Source: the human T2T-CHM13v2.0 reference genome, Homo sapiens. Taken from it: a stretch of DNA of 64,000 bases. Both the position numbers and the translations under genes were made by a program. Positions 1 to 14,526 of this stretch are shown piece after piece. The stretch is from NCBI RefSeq assembly GCF_009914755.1, contig NC_060931.1; one strand, 5' to 3'. The notes below the pieces were generated by a model. It was not told where the DNA came from and searched no databases. It was given only the letters and a program-made list of their open reading frames with translations. Position 1 is the stretch's first letter. Every line of letters begins with the position of its first letter.

Positions 1-125
1 TATATATATATATATAAATAACATATATATAATATATATAACACATATATATATAAATAACATATATATTATATATATAACACATATATATAACATACAT
101 ATATATGTAAATAAATAAAATGTAT
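1..125. repeat. (TA)n-rich low-complexity tract
   Basis: tatatata.../aacatatatat units. Confidence 0.9.
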
Positions 126-129
126 GTTA

Positions 130-640
<511 letters not shown>

Positions 641-1128
641 TATTTAGGTCAAATTCACTTTTACTTGTATAAAGTCAGTAATACCAACAATGGCTAATGT
701 GTTGAAATTTGCTTTATGACCCATTTAACTATACATCTTTTGTAAAAATTGAGGTATAACTTGCGTAGGTCTTAACTGTTATGATTCAGTGAATTTTGAC
801 AAATGCATCTACCTCTCTAATCCATATCCTTATCAAGAAATAGTATGTTTTCATCACCCTGGAATGTTCCCTGTGTCACTCAGCCTGAAATAACCATTTT
901 ATTGATTTCTGTCACCATAGGTTAGTTCTGCCTATTCTAAAACTTGATATAACTGGAATATTATACTTTTTTGCCTCTGGCTTTTCTCATACAGTATGTT
1001 TTTGAGATCCGTCCTTGTTTTCTGTATCAGTAGTTCGTTCCTTTTTATTGCTAAGTAGTATTCCATTAAATGAATATACCACAATTATTTATTCACTCTC
1101 TTATGGATGGACTTTGGGCAGTTTGTAG

Positions 1129-1458
<330 letters not shown>

Positions 1459-2523
1459 TGAAATTGCTCTAAACATTTTTGTGCCTATGGGCCTATGCTT
1501 TCATTTCTCTTGAGTAAATACCTAGGACTGGAATTGCTGGTTCATAGTTTAACTTTATAATAAACTGCCAGACAGTTATAATGGTTGCACAGTTGTTCAT
1601 AGTGTATGAGTATTTTAGTTGTTTGACTTCTTCACCAGCATTTGGTAGTGTCAATATTTTGTTTTTGGCATTCCTGAATGTTTTAGTGGTATTTCATTGT
1701 GGCTTTAATTTGCATTTCCATGATGACTAATGATATTGAGCACTTTTTTTTTATAATTATTGGCCATCCCTATCTCTTCCATTGTGAAATGTCTGTTCAG
1801 ATCTTTCACCCATTTTTAAAAGTTAATTGTTTTTCTTTTTATTACTGAGTTGGGAGAGTTCTTTATATATTCTTAATTAAAATTCCATTGTAGACATGTG
1901 AATATTTTCCCCCAGAGCATGGCTTGCCTCCTCCTTTTCTTAATGATGCCTTTTCAGAAGTTTTAAATTTCCATGAAGTCCAGTTTCTTCTTTTATACTT
2001 AGTGCTTTTAGTGTCTTAAGAAATCTTTACCTATCCCAAAGGTCATGAAGATATTCTGTTTTCTTCTAGACTCTTCTAACTTTTACATTTGTGCCTATGA
2101 ACCACTGGAATTATTTTTTGTGTGTGGTGTGAGGTAGGGAGTTGAGGTTCTTTTTTTTTTTTTTTTTTCCTTGTGGTAACTGGTTGCTCAAGAACCGTGG
2201 GTCAAAATATGTTTTCCTTTTTACATTGCTTTGGCAGCTCTGTCAAAAACCAATTGAACTTATAATGCTTATAATATGGGACTGTTTCTGGACTCTCTTT
2301 TCTGTTCCAATGATCTTATGGTGTCTTAATTATTATAAGGCTTGAAATCAGATAATGTAAGTCTCTCAGTTTTTTCTTTTTCAAGATTGTTATGGAAATT
2401 CTAGGCCTTTTGATAAATTTTAGCTGTTCAATTCCTATTTAAAAGCTTTTTAGGATTTTGATTAAGATTACATTATATCTCTAAACCAATTAGGGGAAAG
2501 CTGACATCTTAAACAACATCGAA

Positions 2524-2843
<320 letters not shown>

Positions 2844-3580
2844 CTATTTACTTAAGTCATTTTAATTTTCTCTGAAGAATGTTCTATCTAGTTTTTAGTG
2901 TATAGCTATCATATTCTTTTGTTAGGAATAAGTTTTAGAATTTTATTTTTTTATTCTGTTGTAAAAAGTGTTTTATTTCATTTTCCGATTATTAATAGCA
3001 TGTACATGCAAATTATGTTTATATGCTGAGTTGTTTTTATAATCATGAATGAGTTAACTTCATAAAATGCTTTTTCTGTATTTGCTGAAGTCATTTTTTT
3101 CCTGTAATTTGTTAATGTAATGAATTACATTGTTTGGATGAATTTCATTCATTATCTTGGTATTTGTTTCTATCATCTTGCTACTTATTTTCTGCTTTTC
3201 TCTGTATGTTCTTTGTTCCCTTTTTACTCCTTTCCTGATCTCTAGCCAGTTAATCAATTTTTTTTTTAGTATTCTGTTTTATTTCCTCTTTTGGCCTCTT
3301 AGCTACCTATCTTTGTCCCTGCCTTTCTTTTAGATCAATCAAGTATTTTTTTTTTTTTTTTAAGAATTCCTCTATCTTTTCTCTTTTGGCTTTTTAGCTA
3401 TACCTCTTTGTTTTATTTTTTAGTCATTGTTCTTGCCCAACAGAAATATTCAAACCACATATGTAATTTTAAGTTTTCTAGTAGGCATATTAACATAGTA
3501 AACACAAATTAATTTTAATTATTTTAAAACCTAGAATATCTAAAATATCTTAACATGTAATAAATATAAAAGAATCATTG

Positions 3581-4135
<555 letters not shown>

Positions 4136-4562
4136 AAAGAATCATTAATGAGATATTTTGCAATCTCTTTTTCATACTCAGTCTTCCTAATCTGGTACGT
4201 ATTTTACTTCCAGTACATTTTGGTTAGTACTAGCCACGCTGCAAGTACTAACTAGCCACATATCTGGTGGCTACCATATTGGACAGTGCAGCCCTAAGGA
4301 TTACTATATGAATCCTAAACTTATAAGATTATCTTCATCTCACCTGTCACTTAGGGCCTCATTATAACTCACCTTGGAGTAGTGTAATAGAAAAAGATGG
4401 TAATAGTATCCTGGGAGCTTTTGAAGATTATGTTTAGATAAATGATTTGGAAGCAAAAATTAAAGTTGTTGGGGATCTGCTAAATTTATTATTACTTTAT
4501 TATAAAAAATATTGCCACTTAAAAATTGCTTTTTCAGAAATGTTTTTAATCTTTTCTTCTAG

Positions 4563-4621
4563 ACAAACTTGGCCCTACAGTGTTTGCTCCTGTTAAGATG
4601 GATCTTGTTGGAAATATTAAG
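4563..4621 (+). CDS. PLEKHA8: PLEKHA8/FAPP2 internal coding exon, GLTP domain ((D)KLGPTVFAPVKMDLVGNIK)
   Basis: Pyrimidine tract plus AG at 4561-4562 and GTGAGC donor at 4622. 59 nt, phase 1 to 0. The peptide carries the GLTP-fold D-x3-N motif (D360/N364 if the protein is 519 aa). Confidence 0.95.
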
Positions 4622-5575
4622 GTGAGCATACTGGTTTGTCTCTGTGGAAACTTTTAAATAAAGGAAAATGTTCTCAACATTTTTGTGCTTGGCCAGAATA
4701 AATCAAAAAGTGAAAAATGTGTCACTGTTCTTTTAAGAGAGCAAGCATCTTTCTTCTCACACTGTGAATGCTCAGTAAGGGAATTACTAAGCCTTTATTA
4801 TATGCTAGAGTTAAGCTTTATGGGGAGTAGAAGATTCATTTTTAAAATGAAACCAGGACTGCCTTTTCATGTGCACCGTGTGGATCAGTAGGGTTTCACT
4901 CTAATGTCCACACTGATTCTGTGCTTTTTTAGGTTTAAATGGTGATAAGTTATATTTTTCTAAAAGATAGGTTATATAGTGAAAATAGCTGTCAGTGGTC
5001 TGGGACTCAAAAGGCCCATTTCCAGTGGTAGTTGTGGGACCATCAACAACTCACCAAATCTCTGAGCCTCTTTCTTCCAGGTAAAATAAGGGATGGGTCC
5101 CCTTTTAAATGCAGATTAAATGTTACCTTCTTGAGGATACAGTGCCCAATAAAAATCTTTTTTGTCATTGGAGACTAGTCTTTGAGGAAGCACTATTAGG
5201 AATTCCTGTAGGTATACCTTTCTTTATTGTATTTAGGTGGAACAGTTGCAAGTAGTCTCATTAGAACAAATGATTGTTGAGTTTTATATTCAGAGTGAAA
5301 AGTATCTGCCAAAGACAAGCATGAGAGAGGTTCTGAGGCAGAAAAAATAACTTTAAGAACAAAACTTTAAACCCTGAGACTATTTAATTCCAGTTTAAGC
5401 TACATAGAATTCTCCAAAACAAATACTATCATGAAAACATAAGGAAGAAGGTAATAGGAGCTTAATTTATTTTCTTAGAGGCCTGCTTGCCAAACTTACA
5501 AGTCTCCAGACTATACTGAGTTGCTTGATAACTTCAGCATTTTAAACTTAGGTTGTTTCCCTGCTTTCCCTCCAG

Positions 5576-5706
5576 AAAGTAAATCAGAAGTATATAACCA
5601 ACAAAGAAGAGTTTACCACTCTCCAGAAGATAGTGCTGCACGAAGTGGAGGCGGATGTAGCCCAGGTTAGGAACTCAGCGACTGAAGCCCTCTTGTGGCT
5701 GAAGAG
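5576..5706 (+). CDS. PLEKHA8: PLEKHA8 coding exon (KVNQKYITNKEEFTTLQKIVLHEVEADVAQVRNSATEALLWLK-R)
   Basis: tttccctccAG acceptor and GTGAGG donor at 5707. 131 nt, phase 0 to 2. Contains the GLTP-family motif SATEALLWLKR (W407). Confidence 0.96.
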
Positions 5707-5959
5707 GTGAGGCAGCTGGGGTGGGACAGCAGTTAAAATCTAGCTCAAAAAAAATTACCAGCAAAAAAAATTGTTACACAAAGGAGACTACTTCTGAGTG
5801 AAGGATCTAGTTGAATTGTGTAGCCTTTTCTAGAAGGCCTAATGAATAATACCACCTTATTTTTTTTTTGCCTCTCTTTTGATGGTGATAAATATTGTTG
5901 ATAAGTATATATAAGATAGGAATCTTAAAGGCATTAAAGTCAACTGGCTTCTCTTTAAA

Positions 5960-6136
5960 TCAGTGGCTCTCCAACTTCAGTGGCATCAGAATCATCTGGA
6001 GGACTTGTTAAAAACACTAGACTCGGAAACAGTTTCTGATTCAGTAACTCGGGTGGGGCCCCAGAATTTGCATTTCTAGCAAATTCCCAGGTGATGCTAA
6101 AGCCACTAGTCCTGGGACACATTTTGAAAACCACTT
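5960..6136. mobile_element. MER5A-like DNA transposon
   Basis: cagtggctctc...gaatttgcatttctagcaaattcccaggtgatgct...tttgaaaaccact. Confidence 0.8.
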
Positions 6137-6350
6137 CTTTAGGTATATCAGATGAGATGAAAGATGGGCTCCAGAGCAAGCTAAAGGGAAGTGAAGGGAA
6201 GAGGTTCAGGAAGGACTGCCATATGATTTGACCTATTCACTGCTGTGCCTAAGATGTTACTGAAATGGAAGCTGATGTCTGCCATTTCTTTATACCCACT
6301 CAACATAAGTGAACTTTGAAAATAATATTTCTTCCTTTATTTTGTTTTAG

Positions 6351-6421
6351 AGGTCTCAAATTTTTGAAGGGATTTTTGACAGAAGTGAAAAATGGGGAGA
6401 AGGATATCCAGACAGCCCTAA
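6351..6421 (+). CDS. PLEKHA8: PLEKHA8 coding exon (R-GLKFLKGFLTEVKNGEKDIQTAL)
   Basis: ttttgttttAG acceptor and GTAAGT donor at 6422. 71 nt, phase 2 to 1. Continues the frame of the previous exon (LWLKRGLKF). Confidence 0.95.
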
Positions 6422-7739
6422 GTAAGTGTTCTTTATGTTTTGTTGAATGAGTCAATAGACTGTGGAATGGAGACCCCTAGAGGAGGATACAGGGTATAGG
6501 GGATATTTCTGCTTTTCAGAATTTGATTTTGTTTCTTTTCTTATTTCATTATTATTCATTGCTTCTTATATGCTTTGTTTAAAAGTACCTATGAGACAAT
6601 GACCTGGTAATCTAGATGTAACTTACTAAAAATCAGTATATTTTAAAGACGTGCTGAATAAGTGGAAAGCCATCTCTTAAACATAATAGGAAGACCTAAT
6701 ATTATCAAGAAGTTAGTTTTCCTAAATCTTCAAATATATTATAGTCTTTGAAAATCAGTATACAAAGAAAAGCTTGAACACCATAACAGCGGGTTGGCGT
6801 GGGGGAATCCCAGGGATTTGTTCTGGAGTAAGAGTAAAGGTTTTCGTCGTCGTCGTGTAACTCCTCAAATATATAATGCTGTGTGCGTCCCAGTTTCTAG
6901 TCATAAAGCCAAAATGGGATGAAGGGCTTGGTCAGAGGAGATCATCTTATATCTCCAGCACCTTAAAGTAGTGACTGCAACATTGTAGGTGCTTAATAAA
7001 CATTGGACAGGTAGGTAGATGGATGGATGTGTGGATAGAGCCATTTATCAGACCAGTTTTGGAAAATGTTGAGATTGGGGAGCATCCTTAGAGTGCTTCT
7101 AATGGAGTGGCTGAACTCTCACCATTGATCTATAGGAAATTCTTCTAGCATGGGCCATGAGGCGTGTGTGGAGAAAAAAATGAACTGTGACATAAACTAA
7201 TTAGATGCTTCTGGTTTGAGAGGGAGCTAGTGTTCTCTGTGGCTTTTTTTCAGTGTCACAGTTGGGTTCTACCTCCTTCTGTTAGTCCTCTCTCTGGGCC
7301 ATGAGTCCTCAAGAATTCTGCCCCCACGTGATTTCCCGAGTCTGCCCCATCTAGCAACTGCTGATCTGCCATAAAAATGAGAGCTGACATTTCTATAGCA
7401 CTTTGTGAACAATGTAGACTTCATAAACTTAATCCTCATTTCAATCCATTTTTACAGGTTAGGGAACTGTAAGATTAAAATATTGCTTAAGACCAGCATA
7501 AGGTCTGAAGCAGAGTGGCTTTGAGGCCCCTGCTTTGAAGGTCCACATTTCTCCTACAAAGGGTCTTTTCCACCATTCCTGGGCCACCTGCATTTTTACA
7601 TTCCCCATACATCCCTGAATTTCAGGATGGTCTCAGTTATATTCTCCCCTCTGTGTCCTGATTTCAAGTACTAAAAGTATATTCAGCATGTCTACTCATG
7701 CCCCCTAGCCAGTATCTGTCAAGCTTTATGGCTTGTGGA

Positions 7740-7950
7740 GTGTAGGATCAGGAGCTCTGGAGTGGCTCTCTGGATTCTGCCACTTATTAGTGCTCTGCCC
7801 TTAGGCAAGTTATTTAACCTCTCTGATCCTCACTTTGTTCATCTATAAAATGGGAATGGTGATATTATTTCCCTAACAAGGTGGTTGTAAATATTAAGTA
7901 GGTGCATGTGCATGTGAAAAAATTACAGAAGTATTTGGTACGCAAAACAC
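7740..7950 (+). mobile_element. MIR
   Basis: Core ccttaggcaagttatttaacctctctg...catctataaaatggg. Confidence 0.8.
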
Positions 7951-7956
7951 TCAGTG

Positions 7957-8252
7957 TGGCCGGGTGTGGTGGCTCATGCCTGTACTTTCGGAGACTGAGG
8001 CAGGAGGATCACTTGAGTTCAGGAGTTTGAGACCAGCCTATGCAACACGGCAAAACTCCATCTCTACAAAAATTAGCTGAGTATGGTGTTGCGTGCCTGT
8101 AGTCCCAGCTACTTAGGGGGCTGAGGTGGGAAGATTGCTTGAACCCAGGAGGTCAAGGCTGCAGTGAATTGTGATCATGGCACTGTACTCCAGTCTGGGC
8201 AATCGAGTGAGACCAGACCCTGTCTCAAAAACAAACAAACAAACAAAAAAAC
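7957..8252 (+). mobile_element. AluJ-like
   Basis: Alu arms with an (AAAC)n tail. Confidence 0.9.
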
Positions 8253-9526
8253 AATGCTCAGTCGTCAAGATTAGCATCTATTGTTGTGATAATGATGTTT
8301 TGTCATCATTATCATAATCATGATATATGAAGTTAATAACCTGCCAGAAAATAAGACTTATTTGTCCCACATCAGTAATGGAAAGTTTACAAAGCTTAGG
8401 TGCCAAGCCAGAAACTTCACTTCAAACTAACTTATTAGTATGGAATTTTCATGCTAGCAGAAAGACTTCTCCACCTGTTGGAAATGCAGAAGATACAGGG
8501 TTTAGCACTGTGTGCCCAGTGGACTCCGCTTGTCTCATGCTGCTATTACTTTGTTAGGGCTGTCTATGGAAGGGGAGTAGGACAATGCTGATCCCATTTA
8601 GCCCACTGGAAGAGCTGGGGTGGAACGGAACCCAGCTGCTTATGGGCTTTGACCCCCCTAGACATAGAAAGGAAACAGGATATACCATTTCTATCCAGTC
8701 CCAACCCCAATTCTGCCCACTTTTCTCTCTCCTTTTCTCCTCAAGGTTTCTCATCAAATGTTGTACTTGATTTGGAGACTGGGCCCAGGGGATGTATTGA
8801 CTTTGTGAAGAAAGAGGAGACTTTGAAGGGCAAATGCTGCTTTGTGACTGCAATAATCACAGCCAGTCTCAGCTTTTTCTTCCCTCTCTTCTCCTTCGGC
8901 ACAATTTTCAATGGAAAAGAGAAGGGAGGCTGTAAATTTGACATTTTTGTCCTGATGTTCAGGCTTATTTCAAAGAAGGTGTTTATGATTTAAATCCTAT
9001 CTTTGTGGAAATCCCTAGTTTCTTGCTGCTGCTTAGTATGAGGAGATAAAGTTCCCCTATTAAACCCACCCTCCCTCCAAAGTTCCCCTGTTAAACCCAC
9101 CCTCCCCTCCCACAGACACAGACACAACAAGCTCTGCGTAAACGGTTTTTTGAGAAATGTTTACACAATAGTTACTCAGAACCTGTAGGCTCCTTGATGC
9201 ATATTTCTTCTGGGATAATGGTTCCTTTTTCTCATTTTGAAGTCCCAGCCTTCATAAGTAGAACTGATACCTTGTTTGAAATGAGGGAGGGTGAGTGAGT
9301 AGGTAAAAGAGAGTGTGTGCAATTTATATGCCATATATAGGCAAGTTTGTTGGCTTTTTTAAATTCTAAAGTTGAATTTAAAAACAGCTATCACTTACAG
9401 AGCACCCAGTGTAACTACTACACTAAGTTTTTGATAAATATTTTATTTAATCTTCCAAATACTCTCCAGTGAATAAACTGAGGTTTAAAGAGGATAAATA
9501 CCTTCCCTAGGGTCTCAAAATCTCCA

Positions 9527-9712
9527 TCGGTGGTTCTCAAGCTGTTCCAAGGTCAGCAGCATCTTTATCACCTGAAAACTCATTAGAAATGCAGACTATC
9601 CGGTTCCACCCCAGACCTGCTGAATCAGACACTGAGGCTGGGGCCTGGCAGTCCGTGTTTTAACAAGTCTTTCAGATGATTCTAATCCATGCTGAAGTTT
9701 GAGACCTAGTCA
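9527..9712. mobile_element. MER5A-like
   Basis: gtggttctcaa...ttagaaatgcaga...ccccagacctgctgaatcaga...gtttgaga. Confidence 0.8.
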
Positions 9713-10820
9713 TCTAGACTTAGGCCTTTGAGGTTCACCTGTCACTTGTCTACATCTTGATAATTTTGTGATTTTGACTGCATCTAAGAGATTTTTAATA
9801 AGCAGGAGTAAAACTGCTGAAATTAGTTATAGCATCAGTTTATTTTCCTCCTTTTCATCATAATTAGACAGCTTTCCAATAAAAATACTGCTTAAGTAAG
9901 GTTTGAGGTGAATGTTCATGAAACTTGTATGGTCTTAATGGCCTTGGAAATAGTACATTTATATGTAGAAGTCCTAAATAACATTGTAGAAGCCTTGTCT
10001 CCTTTACCTTTCTGGAAAATGCATCTCTAGTTATTGTATTGCTGCAGTTCTGTGACCTGGAATACTTCCAGCATCTGGAAGGAGCCTTAGACTTTACACT
10101 GCCCCTTTTTGCACTTGAGCCATCACTTGGCTTCCCCATAATGATAATCAGAGTGGAACATTTTGGGTGGTTTCATGCTAAGAGCTGCTGTGTTCCCTTA
10201 GTGTCCTAACATTCTTTAGAGGTCATTTTCAGGAGGGAGTTGGGTTCACAAGGCAGATATGTTTAATAATCTGCTTTAGAGCTGAGTCCCCCTCTCCATT
10301 GCATATTCCACATCAGAAAGAGGTTTTGGAAAGCATCCTTGCAAGTGGAAGGAAGAAAAGTTGCTCTGGCATTTCATGCACCATTGTATTAAATGTTATA
10401 TGCTCTGTGCTCAGTGGGATAACATATTGCCACATATCTCATCTCAGAATGATCCCATAAATGTCAGTAAAAGTTAACCCAACCAAGATCCTTTTCTGGC
10501 ACAGAATAGAAAAAATTTTAAAAGGATGCTCAGTCATGTATTTAATATGAAAGGCTTTCACAGATAAGGAGAGATAAGTGAGAGAGATAAAGTCAGAACT
10601 CATAATCAGATATTTGACATCAAATCATAAGTTGGCCATTCTGAAAATACTATGGAATGTGAATTGTAATACTCTTTCCAGAACCATTTGCAGCATATGC
10701 CTCCACTGGCAGGATTGGCTGGCAGCACAAGCGTTAGTCTTAACAGTGCCTGAAATTAACAAAGGGCATCTCTGGGTGCTTGTTTGACCTCTTTCCACTG
10801 GTTATTGTCCATACAAGTCA

Positions 10821-11160
<340 letters not shown>

Positions 11161-11229
11161 TATAAATAATTTAGGCATTTAACAAATATCTACCACTTGA
11201 CCTAATAGAAAAAAATAGTTCAATACAGT

Positions 11230-12770
11230 TAAGTGCCCACGTGTCACTCCTTAATCCCGTGACTCCCATCGTTTTCCAGAGATCATCATCCTGAATTTGC
11301 GTAGTTCATTATGTAATACATGTTTTTATGCTTTTGCTATATATTTATGTGTCCATAAGCAGCATCTAGCATTGGACTACATGTTTTAAACTTGTATATG
11401 AGGTATCATATTGTGCACATTCTTCCTTCTTCACTCAGTATTTTCAGACTTTAGCCACTGTTGAAGTGGCTTGTAGTCCTGGCTCATTAATTTTCCTTGC
11501 TGTTTAGCATTTCATTGTATGAATAGACCATGGTTTCGAAAAACTAATATACTGTTAATGGACACAGTTGATTACAGATTTTCACCATTAAAAGCAATTC
11601 TACAATGTACACGTTCCTTTCACACATGTTCTCTATCATATGGAAAATTATGTCCAGACAGCACACCAGAAAAAGGAGGAGGCTTCTCATAGCTAAGAGG
11701 GACTGGTCCAGGGACTCTGGCTGTCTACAGACTGGTAGTTCATGGGGCCTTACTGCTTGAGAAGCTGTGCTGCCAGAACAGTGGTTCTCAAACTCTAACC
11801 TGTATTAGCCTCACCTGGAAGGCTCCTTGAAACACAGATTGCTCTGTAGGCCTGACTTGAGGCTGAGACTTTGCATTTCTAACAAGTTCCCAGGTGATGC
11901 TGAGGCTGCTGGTTTGGAGACTACACTGGGAATTGCTGCTGTAGTACATAATACAATTGGAATGGCTGAACCACATGACTAGATATTGCCAAATTGCTCT
12001 CCAAAGTCTATAATTACCAGCAGAGTAGTGAGAGTTCCCAATACTCCACATTCTTTTTAGCACTTGTCATTGTCAGCCTTTTAAATTTGTGCCTGATGGC
12101 TGTAAAATGATAGAATATTGCCAAAGTTTTTGTTCTTAGATTACAAGTAAGGTTGAGTAGCTTTTCCTGTCTTCACTGGCAGTTTGATATCCTTCTCTGT
12201 GAGTTGCCTGTTCATGTATTTGACCACCTTTCTCTTAGGTTTTCTTTATCAACTCCTGGGAGTTCTTTATATTTCCTGGATATTAATCTTTTTCAGTGAT
12301 GGGTTAAAATGTCTAATCTTTTTCAGTTATGGGTTAAAATGTCTTCTGTCAGTCTGTGGCTTGCGTTTGCTCTTTATCTATGGTGTCTTTTGGTATACAG
12401 AAGTTTCAGTTTTTATGTAATCAGACATGTCATTCTTTCTTTATGGATTGTACTTCTTAAAGAAATCCCTCTCTCCCTTGAGGTCACAGAGATGTTCTCT
12501 GACATTTTCTTCTCGAAGTTTTGTAGGTTTGCTTTCATATTTATGTCTTTAATCTTCCTGGAATTTATTTTTGTGAATGGTGTAAGGTGGGGATATAATT
12601 TTATTATTTCCAATCAGAAAGCCAGTTGTCTTAGCAGCATTTATTGGATCACCCATTCTTTTCCCCACTTGTATGTAATACCAACTTTGAGAGAGAGAGA
12701 GAGATCTGTTCTAGACTCCATATTCTGGTCCATTGTTCTTTTGCCCACCTATGCTTTAAAAAGACATGAG
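11230..12770 (-). mobile_element. Old L1ME-type fragments with a nested MER5A (about 11778-11935)
   Basis: L1 antisense motifs (tattgccaaattgctctccaaag; ggaatttatttttgtgaatggtgtaagg). MER5A cagtggttctcaaact...ttcccaggtgatgctga. Confidence 0.7.
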
Positions 12771-14226
12771 TTATAGGATGAAGGTTCTTACTATTCTAAG
12801 TGAGTTACTGGACCGTTCTCTCTAGAACTCGTAGGATCTTAGGGCAAGCACACTTCCCCGGTGCCTATCTGTTTCCCACCAGCCTCCTGCCAGACTTGAC
12901 TACCTGCTTTCAAATCTCCTGGTTCCTAATTCTTGCCTCAGAACTGTCTAGTTGAGCACATTTGCAGAACTATGATTGTCATTTCCTCAGCCCAGTGAGT
13001 AATTCCGCCCTTTCTGGCTTTGGTTCTCTACTTCCCAGGCTTTCTCTTAAGACTTAGATTGACATTTCTCTCGTCTTCTCTATAAGCCAAAATAACTTTA
13101 CCAATTATAGGTTTACAGTAGAAAAACACTTTCCTGTATACAAAGTTCCTGGACAGAATGGTTGTTCACCAACAGTAATGGAAGGGTTGTTCTCTCAGTT
13201 ACTATAAAAGCTTTAGGCATAATCTCTAAATACCTGATAGCAAGTTTCTGAGTTACTAATAGTAAATGAATGAGAGCTGTGCTGTTTCCATAACCAGGTG
13301 CCAATTCTTTCAGAAAAGGATTGGAAAAGGCATATTTTTCATTTTTATTACATTGTTTACAGAGTAAACACCAGTTTTTTTGACAGAATGGTGTGATGCA
13401 ACAAGAGTGTCCCCAGGTCTCATTGCTTTTAACTTTGTGACCTTGGGAAAGTCACTACCTTTCTGGGTCTTCCATGTCTTCATTTCTAAAAGGAAAAGAA
13501 TTAGGCAAGGTGATTGTCAAGGCTTCCTACTTAGAAATTTTGACTCAGTTTCTGGGGAACTGACACATCTCAAAGAACTGGGAGAAGGGTATCATTTATG
13601 TCTTTCAGAGGCCAAAAATACTCCCAGATTATAGAACATGCATGATGATAATGAATGGGTATTACAGTGAAGATTAATGTATTTCATTATCTAATCTTCT
13701 CTAGGTAACCAAAATAGGTCAGGCTTAGACTTCATCTTATTTTAATGCCATCAGTCTCACATGGCAGGGATATTTGCAGCCTAGAAGTCAGCTAAGGACT
13801 TTGGGAAGTGTTTTTTTTTTTTTATGACTTTTATTTCATTTGTTGGTTTTAAATTGCAGCAATGATCTCAGTCAAGACCCAGCCCAAATTCTTTTGACAC
13901 ACCTTCTCCCATTAGGTCATCTGGCCCACATTTTGCCAGGTGGAACTCTCCTTTGGCAAGGTATAAGCATAACAAGGAACAGCTTCTTTGTCTACTAGGG
14001 CCAAGTGGGAAGACAGATGTGCTGCTGTACAAACACTCTCCCATCCTTAAGCCAGACTCCCCATGCTGTTTGGACTCACAGCACCTTTGTCTTCCTTGTC
14101 TTTTTGCTGTCTTTTAGAAGAGGGCATGGAAAAGAGTTTCTAGGCTTTTTTGAACGGTTAACTTGAATGGCAATGTATAGGAAAGGTATAAGGTCTCTGA
14201 GGTTGGCATAGCAGCGAATCCAGAGC

Positions 14227-14526
14227 TTTTTTTTTTTTTTTTGAGACAGAGTTTCTATGTCGCCCTGGCTGCTGGACTGCAGTGGCGTGATCTCGGCTCA
14301 CTGCAACCTCTGCCTCCCAGGTTCAAGCAATTCTCTGCCTCAGTCTCCCGAGTAGCTGGGATTACGGGCACCCACCACCACACCTGGCTAATTTTTATAT
14401 TTTTAGTAGAGACAGGGTTTCACCGTCTTGTCCAGGCTGGTCTTGAGCTCCCAACCTTGTGATCCACCCGCCTCGGCCTCCCAAAGTGCTGGGATTATAG
14501 GCGTGAGCCACCACCGTGCCTGGCCC
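14227..14526 (-). mobile_element. AluS
   Basis: T-tail first, TSD ccagagct. Confidence 0.95.
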
